Source: Octopus bimaculoides
Lineage: Eukaryota
DNA: 64,000 nt
Direction of reading: 5' to 3'
Assembly (NCBI RefSeq): GCF_001194135.2
Contig: NC_068993.1
Span: 32,628,270 to 32,692,269 of the forward strand
The translations under genes and the position numbers were made by a program. Under the pieces are notes generated by a model. It saw nothing but the letters and a program-made list of their open reading frames with translations. It was not told the origin of the DNA and did no database searches. Shown one piece after another: positions 1 through 13,018 of the stretch (position 1 is the stretch's first letter; each line of letters opens with the position of its first letter).

Positions 1-1866
1 TGACATAAGCACTGCAAAAAATTTTGTCCATCATACTAATAATAATAATAATAATAATAATCCTTTCTACTATAGGCACAAGGCCTGAAATTTCAAGGGA
101 GGGGATAAGTCAATTACACCAACTCCAGTGCAATAATAATAATAATAATAATAATTGTTTCTACTATAGGTAAAATGCTTGAAACTTGGAGAAAGAGGTG
201 TTACCTTATATTAACATTTCAGATTAGCCACTAAATATTGTCTAATAAATAATTAAATTTAAAGCATCTCTCATAAAAAAAATTTCTTCTATGCAATTCA
301 GGAACAATAAATCCCCAACAAGTTTCCTCAGTACAAAACAATAAAAATCATCAACTGATAATCACTGTAAACCCCAAACTGAAAACGTTAATCACTTCAT
401 TGTTAAATGTGAAAGTTCTCAAGATACCACCTTTTCATGAGACATGATGTGATGGCCAGAGAGATCTGCGATAAAATCAAAAGATAACAACAACAACCAG
501 TAAGGACAAATGCTTTAGGTTGATGGATGGAAAGAACATTGCTGGTGCCTACAAATAAAAAAAACAAAAAAAAAACACAGCAACCGAATTAAAACATAAC
601 ATACTTGATGTTTAAGACAGCAAAATATAAACCTGTTCTGTTGTGAGAGTTAGCTGTTCAATGAGGTAACAAAAAATAGTACAATTTAAAGGTTGATTGA
701 TTGTAGACAGAATGATGAAAAGAACAGGACAAACTGCTTTCCTGTTACATTTTTTTTTTTTATATGACCTTATTTCCAAATGAGGGGCCAGTCAAAATAA
801 AGACTGAAATTTCAATCAGGAAGTGAAACATACACACGTTCTACAAATACATACATATACAGAATAGAAGTACACATCATCGTTTTAACATCCACTTTTC
901 CATATTTACATGGGCCAGAGATTGAGGATGGATGTCCTTTGTGTTGCCCATGGTCAGATATGTTTTTCATGGAAGACTGGACAGGAATGATATCACTTGT
1001 ATGACAGTGACACTCATTTACAACTATCATCATGTAATGCCAAGACAAGGAGACACAAACATACCACACATATATATATATATATATGGCAGGCTTCTCT
1101 CAGTTTCCATCTACTAAATCTTCTCACGAGGCTCTGGGGCTATAATTGAAAACACTTGTCCAAGGTGTCATGCAGTGGAACTAAACCTGAAATCACAAGG
1201 TTGATTAGTGCACTTTTCAAGCACACAGCCAAGCCTGCACTAAGTACAAAACAATCCAGAGAGAGAAATGCTCAATATAATAGAGCAGAGTAGTAAAATT
1301 TGCTGGAAATTATATATATACATACATAATATATATTTTTATATATTTGCACGTAAGGTTATATATAAACACAGACACCACACATCAATTCATACACTCA
1401 AATTCATACAGTATATATATAACAAATATTCAATATATACACATCTAAAAATATCCAGTAGCACAACTCATATATATAATGTAAATCATACACACATACA
1501 TGCATGCACTAATAAATAGCCTTATACACCCACAAATAAACACACACACAACCTTAAAATTAAAAGATATAACTTTAAGATGGAGTGAAAAAAGAAAAGA
1601 AAGTGACATTTACAGGCGTGTTTCCATGGCAATAAATTTCAGATGGAATTATTTGTCATTCTTCACAATATTGACACCCACCCCCATCACAATTCCTTTT
1701 ATATTCTCATTTACATTGAGATGAAGTTCTTTCTTCTCTCTTCACAAAATCATACCACAAAACTTTTTACATATTCTTAAACCTTTTCTGGAAATTTTAT
1801 ACACAGGCTTTCATTATTATTATAATTATTGGTGTCATTTTCTTATTCAAACATTTTGGTTTCGGT

Positions 1867-2285
1867 TCAGTGAAGGAACTGATCAATATCGAATCCTTCG
1901 TTAGATTGATTGTCATCATTACTGATTGGCACAAAATCATTGTCTTCACTTTCTGACTCTGAAACCTGCAAGTCTTTGTTGATGTCTGTTTCAACAGAGT
2001 CTGGTTGTTGCTCCTCCTCTTCCTCCTCATCCTGTTGTTGTTGCTGTTGTTGGTTGTCATCAGTCATTTGCTGAGCCAGTGAACTGCTTAGGAAGAACGC
2101 TGCTGGATCAAAGCTTTGCTCTTCGTCATCACCTATACCAGCCATATTGTACATGTTGGGTTCGTTCTCACTTGAGTAGAACTGGTTTGCATTGTCACCA
2201 CTATACTGCTGGTCATAGACACTGTCTTCGATGTATTGCGATATTCCAGAAGGTAACTCTTCATTTCCACTGCCATCCATGCCAT
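1867..2285 (-). CDS. TAF1: TAF1 terminal coding exon 31, (Y)GMDGSGNEELP...QQQQQQQDEEEEEE...GFDIDQFLH*
   Basis: TTTTGTAG acceptor, phase 1, open to TGA at 1867-1869; ORF 1867..2322; acidic like the TAF1 C-terminus. Confidence 0.85.
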
Positions 2286-2597
2286 CTACAAAAGAACAGA
2301 ACATGATCAGCTGACATATCACATAAAACAGAGTTGCATATCAAAGCTTTCATATTTTTATTTCCATCCTCTTGTTTTCTTACCACATTATTTATCTCAG
2401 ATACTACACTCACATACATTTTCTAGATTTGAGAAGACTTCATAAAGCAGAATTCCTGGAGAAAGCTTTCCACACTTGCAGCCCAGTTTATATCCAACTT
2501 CATACCACACACACACTCGACTATTTTTCTCCATCTGACCAGTCTTATCACCACACACAACATATCAAGTACAATAACAGCTCTGCTCCCCCTAAAC

Positions 2598-2914
2598 AAG
2601 TGATTCTCAACTGTTTTTTTTTACCTATGGACCCCTTCAATAGCAATTTTATTCTGGTGGACCCCCATAGCCATTCAATGTTTAAAAACTAGTTTTATAG
2701 ATATTTCTTTCAAAATTCCTATTTGGCTTTCCATACATGTCAGAGAAAGAAACCTAGCTGTTTCTTGCAAATAAATACATCCAAAGTAACATTTTGTCAT
2801 GGTCCGTTAATATGCTACAGTGGATCCCTAATTTACAATTTTGCTTGCATGGATCCCTAAAAATCTTATATGAACTCCCAAAAATCTTATATGGGCCCTG
2901 GTTGACAACAACTG
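2598..2914. mobile_element. hAT (Charlie-like) MITE
   Basis: Ends AAGTGATTCTCAAC and GTTGACAACAACTG resemble CAGTGGTTCTCAAC TIRs; flanks ccctaaac and ttctaaac fit a decayed 8-bp TSD. Confidence 0.55.
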
Positions 2915-3240
2915 TTCTAAACCAACAAACTTCTATCCTTCTATCCCCTTCTAACACTGCATCCTAAAACTAACCCCTAGCTTCAAATTCTTCTCTACAG
3001 AAATATATTTTGATCTTTGGAAACCTACTACGGTGCCCTCAGTCCTCTCTAATCCCACCAACTATTGACCAATCACTCTCACTTCCAACTTCTCAGAATT
3101 AATGGAAACAGTAATTAATCACCTTTACCAACATTTTCACTCCCCCTCCCCTACTTAGCAATTACTAATATGGCTTCTGTGAAGACAACTCTAACAGGAC
3201 CCTGCTCCCCTATGTCATTTATTAGTAATCAAAAGTCTAT

Positions 3241-3390
3241 AGCTGTGTGGTAAGAAGTTCACTTCCTAACCACATGGTTCCAGGTTCAGTTCCCCTGCAA
3301 TGGTACCTCGGGCAAGAGTCTTCTACTCTAGTCCTAGGCCAATCAAAACCTTGAGTGGATTTGGTAGACAGAAACTCAAAGAAGCCCATC

Positions 3391-3434
<44 letters not shown>

Positions 3435-3590
3435 ACATCCCCATAACTTAATGGTTCAACAAAAGGAGACCAATATTATGAGTACCAGGCTTAAAAATAA
3501 CTACTGGGGTTGATTTGTTTGACTATACCCTTCAAGGTGGTGCCACAGAATGGCTGCAACCCAATGACTGAAACAAATAAAAGAATCTCT
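3241..3590 (+). mobile_element. tRNA-derived SINE family A with internal (TG)n
   Basis: GCTGTGTGGTAAG...GGTTCAGTTCC A/B-box-like head; homologous to copies at 34508, 52160 and 63220. Confidence 0.75.
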
Positions 3591-4740
3591 TCACATTGGC
3601 TCTGTAACTGCTGCTTCAACAGTCTCTGCTCTTTAAAACCAGCTGGTAGCATAACAGCATCCTCACCCATTACATCTGCCCTCTTCTCACCATATTTATA
3701 TTCAGACATACACACATATATGTATGTATACCATACCATGGATAGCCCTTACATACATATACTGTATACCATACCACATGTATCCCAGTTTCAGAATAGG
3801 TATACCACACTCCTGTATGGCATAAGAGGTGGCTAAAACAGTTAGTAACATGGAGGGCATCCAGCCATAAAACATTTCAGCACAGAGAAGTAGCCATACA
3901 ATTCATACAAATGACGATGATCATATATATACATACATGTGTGTGTGTGTATATATATATATTCTGGATCACACAAGAATCTAATGAAAGCTGATAGAAG
4001 TAAGGGCCATCAATCATTTACCATGAATTGAGACTGCACATGCATATTGCACACTTATTTTCATGTTATCCCTGGCAAGAATTTAAAACTTATGATTATA
4101 AATATATATATATTTGCACACATGCACATATTTATTAACCTTGTAGAGCAGAAGGAAACCTCTCCATTACTGTGCAATGATGAAATATAAAGACACAATA
4201 TAATCAAGTTGTTGGTGTGAGAGAGGGCATTCAGCCATAGGAACCTAGCCGAAAATGAAATACATAAGTGAGAGATGTGGTCCTCTGATCCATCTAGGTG
4301 GGAAGTAACATTAAATAAGAACTAACCTAGACTGTAAAGACCCTTCCAACCCATGCCAGCATGGAAAGTGAACATAATGTATACTCACACATACACAGGG
4401 CTGAATTAAAACCCATAGAGGTCCTACACACTTATAATATTTCGGTGCCCCCACATATATGTAATTCAAAATATAAACAATAATAAACCATAAAACAAAT
4501 TTTTATTTTTCAAAATGAAACAAAAAAAGGTGGAAAATAATATTTATTTTTGTATACTTTCACTTTATTTATATTTGAAAAGTTTTCTCCTCCCTCTTTT
4601 TAATTGTAAAGTTTTTGATCAAATCCTCAAAATTAATCTTATGTAACACATCTGCTTCTATACTTACTTAGTAGAGATAAAGAAAAAACTTTATGGTTAA
4701 TCCAGCACTGTATATACACATAAGCACATTCATATATATA

Positions 4741-5601
4741 CAGGGTGCAGTGGGTAAATTGGCACCATTTTATGTTTTTAATTTCGTGCATGCACATTGT
4801 TTGTTTTTGACTTTGTTAACTCCACAGTATAGTAGGATCACAGTTGGGTACCATCTGTGATAAAAACAGCATCATGACGCAATTCACTCTGCCAGAAATT
4901 TGGAAACGACATGCTGTACTGCTTGGAATTCACACCAGAAGCTCCAATATGAACATTTCGGAGTGTTTGGGTGTCCATCTGAGAACATGTACCGAGAGTG
5001 AGAAAAATCAAACATCATGGTGTTTGGAGTGATCACTACTGATGCCAGCTTTATGCCTCCATTCATCTTCCCACATGGCCTCAGGCTCAATACGGAGACC
5101 TACATCATGGCCCCAGAGGAGGTAGTGCTACCCTGGGTCAAGAGGGTGGCTGCTGGAAGACCCTGTGTCTGGCAATAGGACTCTGCACCTGCCACACAAG
5201 CAGGAGAACCCAGTCATGGCTGTCAGACAATTTTTGCGACCATCTCACCCCTAACATCTGACCATCTAACTCCCCAGACTGCAACCCCCTTGATTATTAA
5301 GTGAGGGGTGCAGTTGAGCGAGAGACCAACAAAACTCTTTGTAACACCAAAGATAGAGTGAAGGCAAGGATTATGGCAGCATTCACCAACTTAAACAAGG
5401 AGACCGTCCAGAAGAGTTGCAGGAGATTCCAAAGTCATCTGGAGGCCATGGTTGAAGCCAATGGTGATTTTATTGAATAAATTTACTCTTTAGTAAGTCA
5501 AGATATTTTTATGTAATTTTGGTAAATATATCTGTGAAAATGAGATGTCAGTGTTATTTTCATTTTTGTGGAATTTAGATGACAGTTTATTCACCGCACC
5601 T

Positions 5602-5603
<2 letters not shown>
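4741..5603 (+). mobile_element. Internally deleted Tc1/mariner DD37D (maT-like) transposon; transposase pseudogene
   Basis: Imperfect TIRs CAGGGTGCAGTGGGTAAATTG / CAAGGTGCGGTGAATAAACTG flanked by TA; degraded IMVFGVIT...QxDSAPCH...SPDCNPLDY with stops and a frameshift. Confidence 0.85.
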
Positions 5604-5647
<44 letters not shown>

Positions 5648-5738
5648 CATGCATGCATATACAATGTGTACACTACACACACACAATAATAAAAAGAAGA
5701 GGCAGATAAATAAAGTAAGGTAACAAAGAACAACTCAC

Positions 5739-5889
5739 AGTTTTTCTCTCGTCTATTATTATCTTCATCATTATCATCTTCATCATCATAATCATCGTTT
5801 TCGTTATCCGAGTTCTCAGGAGTAATTTGTAGATCTTGGGCCAAGTCATTGTTGTTATCTGACGACGAGAAATGTTCTCCATGGATATC
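5739..5889 (-). CDS. TAF1: TAF1 exon 30, DIHGEHFSSSDNNNDLAQDLQITPENSDNENDDYDDEDD...REKN
   Basis: 151 nt, phase 0/1, TTGCAG/GTGAGT. Confidence 0.8.
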
Positions 5890-6299
5890 CTGCAAGAAGC
5901 AACGATAACAATAACAACAACAACAGTAATAATCTGGGACATTACAAAGGTAAGTTGTGAAAACCGAGGGAACTTTCATATCAAGTAAAATAATAATAAT
6001 GGTTTTGAATTGTGACACAGAGCTTGAACTTTGGGGGTTGAGGGTTAGTTGATTATATTGACCCTAGTATTTGACTGGTACTTACTTTTATCAACACTGA
6101 AATGATGAAACATAAAGTTGACCTCAGTGAGACTTAAAATAGGAACATAAAGTTGCAGGTACAGCTGAATGGTTTAGAAGTTCACTTCATAATCATGTGG
6201 CCCCACCAGACCAATAAATACATTGTGAGTGAATTTGGTTAACAAAAACTGAACGCAATCTCATTGTGTATGCGTGTGTGTGTATGGTATTTACATCTC

Positions 6300-6660
6300 T
6301 TGTACTCTTTTACTTGTTTCATATATTTGACTGCAGCCATGCTGGAGCACCGCCTTAAAGGGTGTTAGTCGAAGAAATCAACACAGGACTTATTCTTTGT
6401 AAGCCTAGTACTTATTTTATCAGTCTTTTTTGCTTAACTGCTAAGTTAGGGGAACATCAGCATCGATTGTCAGGCGATGGTGGGAGGGACAAACACAGAC
6501 ACAAATATATACATATATATATAAATAGGATGGGCTTCTTCCAGTTTCCGTCTACCAAGGCTTTGGTCGGCCCAAGGCTACAGTAGAAGGTGCTCAAGGT
6601 GCCACACGGTGGGAGTGAACCTGGAACAATGTGGTTGAGAAGCCACGACTACACCTGTGA
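6300..6660 (-). mobile_element. SINE family A copy
   Basis: Reverse-oriented head plus 3' half (gactgcagccatgctggagcaccgcc). Confidence 0.75.
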
Positions 6661-6763
6661 GATGCTTACAGCACCTAGGTTTCCCAAGTACTCACTAGGC
6701 TCAACGTGGCTTAACTTTAGTGATCAAATGAGAACCGGTGCATTCAATGTGATATGGTCATAA

Positions 6764-6827
<64 letters not shown>

Positions 6828-6939
6828 ACACACGCGCACACACAGGCCATAACAAAGGTGTTTAAGACCAGTTGCCTGTGAGAACTCTTCTAAGTGGATG
6901 ACCTTGTTCTTGTAACTGAATCTGTGGTAGAAGTAGAAT

Positions 6940-7830
6940 TAGGAAAGAAATTCCACATGTCAAAGCAAAACTTTGAATCAATGGCCTTGAAGTTGACTTA
7001 GTAAAGACCAAAGTTTTAGTAAGCAGGAAAACAGACACTTCAAGGAAAATGGCCTTGCTCAACATGGAGGAAAGGTGTAGGTAGAAATTTGATATGGTGT
7101 ACCCAATGCAAGCTATGGAGGCAGAAGAGGTGCAGTGAAATCAGTGGAAGATCAACAGAAATAGTAAGTTTTGTTAGTGGCAGAGATGGAGGAGCAATTA
7201 ACACTAAGAACACAGAGAAGATAGATTTTCTTGAATGCCTAAGAGTAAAAATCCTTAGAGATTGTTACACAGTTTCTGTTACCTACCTAATTAGCAGTGG
7301 GTGAGGACACTGTGAAAATAAAGTTACTAGAATATAAACTAATAGGAAACTGTTCAGAGTTATTACCTTTGTTAGTAACAAAAGCTCTCTCTCTCTCTCT
7401 TAGATTGAAAGGCTGATTGTATGATGTATGAACAGCAATGCTATATGGTAGTGAAACAAAGACCCTGAATGCAGAGATCATGTGAAGACTAGAAAGAAAT
7501 AAAGCTAGCATACTCGGTTGGATGTGCAATGTCAGTGTGAATGATAAAATGCAAATATGCTAAGGGGAAAAATTGGACATAAGAGGCATCCATTATAATG
7601 TGCAAGAGAGAAGACTATGCTGCTCTGGTCATGTGATGTGTATGGATGAGGATCTGTATAATGTGCTGATCACTAATGTGGATGGAACTTGTAGATGAAA
7701 GAAACCCAGGAAGACATGGGATGAGGTACTGAAGACTGATCTCAGGTTGTTGAACTTCATGGAGGAGTTGACAAAGGACCAAAATAAATGATGATTCACT
7801 GTGCTCAAGAAGACCCATCCATCTTAGAAC
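6940..7830 (+). mobile_element. Degenerate RTE-clade LINE ORF 3' fragment
   Basis: Decayed WCTQCKLW and RELLPLLVTK-like segments; homologous to 24814-25360. Confidence 0.7.
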
Positions 7831-9164
7831 AAATGAGGCACTAAAAATATATTGTTTATGTTTATACTCAACCCTCCACACACACACACACTGTACTTAT
7901 CAAGTCTTTCTAACAACTCATCTTTGTAACATCTATTCTTCCTTCACTTCTCAACTATGGCAGTATTTCCTCAGCTGCTGTGGCTGTATGAGAGCAAAGC
8001 AGCACTTATTCATCCTACCACCCCTTCTGAGCTACCAGCAATTCCTCTCCTTGGAACACTTCCCTTGCCATTCATCATGCACTCCCATCATGATCCCTTG
8101 CTATTATATTTACACTTTCCTCTGAACACCCTCTCATGCCTGCCAACAATGCCCTCCCACCCTTATTGTAACGCACTATATCCATTCTGAGTACCTCTGA
8201 TCTCAGTTACTGTGCCTCTTTTCTCTCCACCACACTTCATCTCATTTCCCTCTTTCTCATTCAGCCAGTTTTATTATACTGTTATTTTGTAGCCCATCTT
8301 TATGTATTACTTCATATCACCTCTTTCACCTTGACTCACTCCTTATTTTCTTTACATTCCTCCAAACTGACATTTACCACTGTTTATGCCTCCACCCTAG
8401 TTCATCATTCACTACATTCATTTCTATCTTCATCTCTACAGTCTGTCCCACTCCCTTCACATTCTCACGACCCTACCCATGCAACCATCCTCGATTCTCT
8501 GTCCCTACTCTCCTTTTATCCGTCTTCTTGTACCTTGAAGATATGCGCTGATGCCTCATTTCCCTCCTTTCACCTTTTCCTGCTGGGGTAGCCATGTATC
8601 TCTTCTATAACAAGACATTTGTTCCTTCCCCACTGTTATGCTTTAGCTTCTCAGTACCTGGTACAAAACCACCTCCCTCAATTCTGCACCCATACTCCAT
8701 CAAGGGGTCTCCTCTCAAGAGTGATTTGGTGACTTCACTAGCGCTGGTGGCACAAAAGGAGCATACAGTAACATTCCACAAAGTGGTTGATGCTGGAAAG
8801 AGCATCCAACTGTGGAAACCTTGCCAATGCAGTCCTCTGGCTAGTCAGATCCTGTTAAACTGTCCAACCCATTCCAGCATGGGATATGGGCATTAAATGG
8901 TGACGATGATTGATTGATTGATTGTATATGTGTGTGTATATGCTTCTTACCACTCAGCAACTGGTTCTTGTTTACATTGACATAACTTATCAATTGAACA
9001 TAAGAAACCAATAGAATAAGTACCAAACTTAAGTACTGGACTCAATTCAATCAACTAAAACTCTTCAAAGTCCAACGACTGAGGCAAGTGGAAGAGTAAC
9101 TAAATACCACAGTCTAGGGCTCAAATGATTCCCCCATTTCTCTGCCCTTACAACAGTTTCTTTA

Positions 9165-9355
9165 TTCGGCATGAGGCATGAAATTGGAGGGGTGAAGGGG
9201 TTAGTTGATACCATCAGTCCCAGTGCATAGTACTTTATCAACCCCAGAAGGATGAAAGGCAAAATCAATCTCAGTAGGATTGGAACACAAAATGTAAAGG
9301 AACATTATTAAAGACTGCATGACATTTTGACCAACACTCTAACCATTCTTCCCTT
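9165..9355 (-). mobile_element. tRNA-derived SINE family B copy
   Basis: ggatgaaaggcaaaatcaatctcag core shared with copies at 14190, 23875 and 54900. Confidence 0.6.
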
Positions 9356-10935
9356 AATAATGCTCTTCATATGAAGCTGTATCTGTCTTTAAAAATGGCA
9401 ATGTCAAAAAATATCATAGAACTTTAGCAGACAGACAACCAGATAACACTTAATAAACCTGACATCAGTTTCCATTACAATATCATCTTAATTATTGAGA
9501 TAGCAATACCAAATGACTATGATGTTGAGTAGTTCATTCATTTGTTTCACTTTTGTTTTTCCATGTTAGCATGAGTTAGATGAATATATTATTATGGCAT
9601 TGTTTTACAGCTAGATGCTCTTCAAGTAGCTAACCCTTACCTGTTTTCCAAGTAAGGGATCTTTTAGTTCACACAAAGCCTATGGACAATTTGTTGACAG
9701 AAATGGCAACAATGTCACTGCTTGTAGCTGACAATTTTGGAGAAGCACAAATGTAAACACACACATACACACAAGATGTGATAACTCACATTTAGAAACA
9801 TTAGTGATGAATTTGGGATCATAACTGCTCTAAATGAACTAAGAGGATCTCATACAAAATCTAAGAAAATTTTGATAAAAAAAGTAAAATTAGAACACTT
9901 TTCAGTTATATCTGCTTTAAACATATTATATCTTATTAAAAGCAAGATCACATTAGATAATGTACTCATCATTCTACATGTTCCACCAAAGAAACAGTTT
10001 GGTAATTACTGGAATTCCTTTAGTATGTCTGTTTAACCAGAACTGATCTGAGTCAGTCACTAATGAAATCCCAACAAAGGACTGAAACTAGCCCAGATAA
10101 TCAGTCTTTCACCTCCCTCATTATAATCTTTCTTTTCTATCACTCTTCTACTTCACTTCTCTCTCTCTCTCTCTCCTTTGAACCTTACTTCTCTCTCTCT
10201 CTCCTTTGAACCTTACTTCTCTCTCTCTTCTATCATCCCTCTACTTCATTTCTCTCTATATAACTCTCTTTCTCTCCTATCAACCTTGCACCCCATTTCT
10301 CTCTCCATTCTCTCTTATATTCACTCATTCACTCGTGTTGTCTTCAAGAAATTGCAACAATATAGAGAAGAGAAAAGTCTTTAGTCTTACCATAGACAAA
10401 ACAACCTCTCTGATGTAGGTGCCACAATAAAATACACCTGATTTACTCGGGGAAATGTTTGGTGTTAGGAAGGGCATCCATTCATTCAAACCATGCCAAA
10501 AATGTAATGTACAAGTAAGGCATAGTCCCCACCCTATCTAGGAGGCTAGTAACTTTAAATAAGAGCTGACTTCAACTGTAATCAGCATTCAACCCATACC
10601 AGCATAGAAAGCAGATATAAAATGATGCTGCTGATGCTGTTAGTGATGATGATATACTTGATGTTCAAGTCAATGGGGATGACTCTACACAGCTAGTCAA
10701 TATATTAGAAATAGCAGCCAAATATCACTCAATCATAAATCCATTGTCTTGAGAAAAGGAAGGACACATTAGATAGAGTGATCCTATATACTCCTTGGTA
10801 AAGACAGTATTGTCATGGCTGAAATGTTTTTTGCTTAATCTGTCAAGCCTGAGGCTCAATGGCAACATCAGGAAGATGAACTATTAAATAGGAGAGCTGA
10901 AGTGTTAGTAAACACTGAAGTCCTAATGAACAAAC

Positions 10936-11028
10936 CTGGTGAGATATGTCAAACTCCCTGTCTTCCATCGCACTCTCATCACCTTCCACATCAACAAACT
11001 CTGAATCAGATTCATCAAACATCATGTC
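10936..11028 (-). CDS. TAF1: TAF1 exon 29, DMMFDESDSEFVDVEGDESAMEDREFDISHQ
   Basis: 93 nt, phase 0/0, TTTCAG/GTTTGT; acidic. Confidence 0.82.
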
Positions 11029-11084
11029 CTGAAATTAACAGAAAATAAAAATTTAGATGGTACACAGTAAAAACTAGAATATGG

Positions 11085-11140
<56 letters not shown>

Positions 11141-12351
11141 ATGTGTGTGTATTTTGTATGTATGTGTATGCGTGTATGTTTGTGTTTACACTTGTACTTC
11201 TCAAAAAAAATCACTAAACTACAAGTAGTGACATTGTTGTTAATTCCCCTATCAATGAACCATCCACTAGCTTTGTGCCTCTGAAGGCATGTACAATAAA
11301 AAATCTGTTCCTTGACAAACAGCTAAGGGTTAGCAACAAGAAGAGGGGTCCAGCTGTAAAACAATGTTCAAATAATATATCCACCTAACCCATGCTAGTA
11401 CAGAAAAAGAGGTTAAAACAAACGAAAATGAAAGAATATATAATATATATTATTATAACATCCTGATTCCAAGTATATTGTGTCTCTGTATGTTGTCTAA
11501 AGTGAATAAAACAGTTGAGACAGTGAGGGCATCTGGCCATAAGCCCTACTCAAAAAATCCATTCAACCCAAGCCACTACAGAAAAGCACACATAAAAAGA
11601 CATGTGTGAATGTGTGTGTGTGTGTATGCATGCGTGTGTGTGTGTGTGTGTGCAAGTGTGTGTGTGTGGAGAGAAAGAAATATGAATCCAGTATTAAAAA
11701 GGAATACATCTATATTTAAAGTATTTTTAAATAAGTACCTAGAGAGAAGAGGGGAAAATGAAGTTATGGTATTCATGCCTTTCTCATGGATAGGTATTAG
11801 TGAAATAAAAGATACAGCTATGACTGGAGATCAAATCCAGGTCACAGAGTCAGTTCAACAACAAGTTTATGACCATGTGTTCCAAGGAGAGTCAACTGGT
11901 TGGCTGCAGCCAAATTTGAACTTACAAACTTAAAGTCCCAAAGTAGATAAGCTGTTTTACAATCATTATCTAGCATAGTTCAAGTGGTTTTAATTTATTG
12001 TTGTCGCCATCTATTTAACCCCAGCTTAGTATAGATCCAGCAGACCTATGATCAAGGTATTTCAACCATGAGCAACCTACAGAGTGCATCTAGAACTACA
12101 TTATCCAAAATGATCTGCCTTTTGCTAAAGCAAAGTTCATAGAGTATTAATTAATTGAGGGTGATTTGGTTGCTATATTGAGACTGTTGTTGTTGGTTCT
12201 AGTAGTTAGTAAAGTCTTGAACTCAACACCTTGTGATCACTTGTTTTCACGATATCCTACATTAATTTCACAGCCAATGGAATGGTTAAATTTAGAGTGA
12301 CTACTTGTTACAGATGAAAGAGGAAGGACGGAAGGAAGGACATGTTCTTAC

Positions 12352-12509
12352 TTCAGCATCAGCATCATTGTCATCTTTGAAGTCTGAAGGATGTCGTCTT
12401 CTATTTAACATATCTGATGTCGATGAGTTTGGTTCACCATCTGGCCAATCTCCACTTGCCAACACAGCCTCCCGCATGCTGTTACTGTCCATGCTCTCAT
12501 TGTCAATGC
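12352..12509 (-). CDS. TAF1: TAF1 exon 28, (G)IDNESMDSNSMREAVLASGDW...KDDNDADAE (acidic tail)
   Basis: 158 nt, phase 1/0, CAG/GTAAGA; supported by phase and composition, not homology. Confidence 0.82.
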
Positions 12510-13018
12510 CTGTAAACAACAAAAATAAAGAGTAACATGGAATACTACAGAGTTAATCCAAAATATTTATGGGGCATCAAATATCAAAGACTTTTGTCAT
12601 AATAATAATAATAAACAATAATATTAATATGCCAATTTGTTTTTTGTATGTACCTGACGCGTGTGCAATGCTTAAGAGAAGGACATTGTTGAAAGAAATT
12701 TTGTTGCTTAAATAAAAATTTTTAACTAGATATCTTGTAATTTCTGGAAGAGATTTGAAACGACCACCTATGTGTTGTATTACTGCTTCTCAACACCCAT
12801 GCCTTTCGCAAATTTCTCTTTCTATATTTTTTTTTGTTAAGTTAGAATTTCTCTTTTTTGGTCAGGATTTTTTTCAATTTCTGTTTTCTTGTATCAAACA
12901 ATTGATGAAAGCATTTTTAAAAAATTAAATTTATAGAACCAAACAAAATCAAAAATATTAATTCTATTTTTTCCCTTTACTTTTTACTTTCCTACAATAT
13001 AATTAATTACTATATCCC

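Noticed and set aside
1631-1636. AATAAA as the TAF1 polyadenylation signal
   Set aside because: On the + strand, opposite to TAF1; I found no minus-strand AATAAA by eye in 1-1866, so the 3' end is not called
3241-3310. tRNA gene
   Set aside because: A/B-box-like head continues into a SINE body with no acceptor stem; many decayed copies
3491-3739. Minus-strand ORF (KYGEKRADVMGED...) as an extra TAF1 tail exon
   Set aside because: No clear splice sites, overlaps a SINE tail, and exons 30-31 already join in frame
10158-10232. Short tandem duplication of (CT)n-cctttgaaccttactt
   Set aside because: Ordinary slippage next to a microsatellite
12654-12670. Possible 17-nt cassette/poison exon (CTCTTAAG|CATTGCACACGCGTCAG|GTACAT) near where mammals have microexon 34'
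   Set aside because: Weak AAG acceptor, no upstream TGC microexon enhancer, frame-shifting length; no support without RNA data
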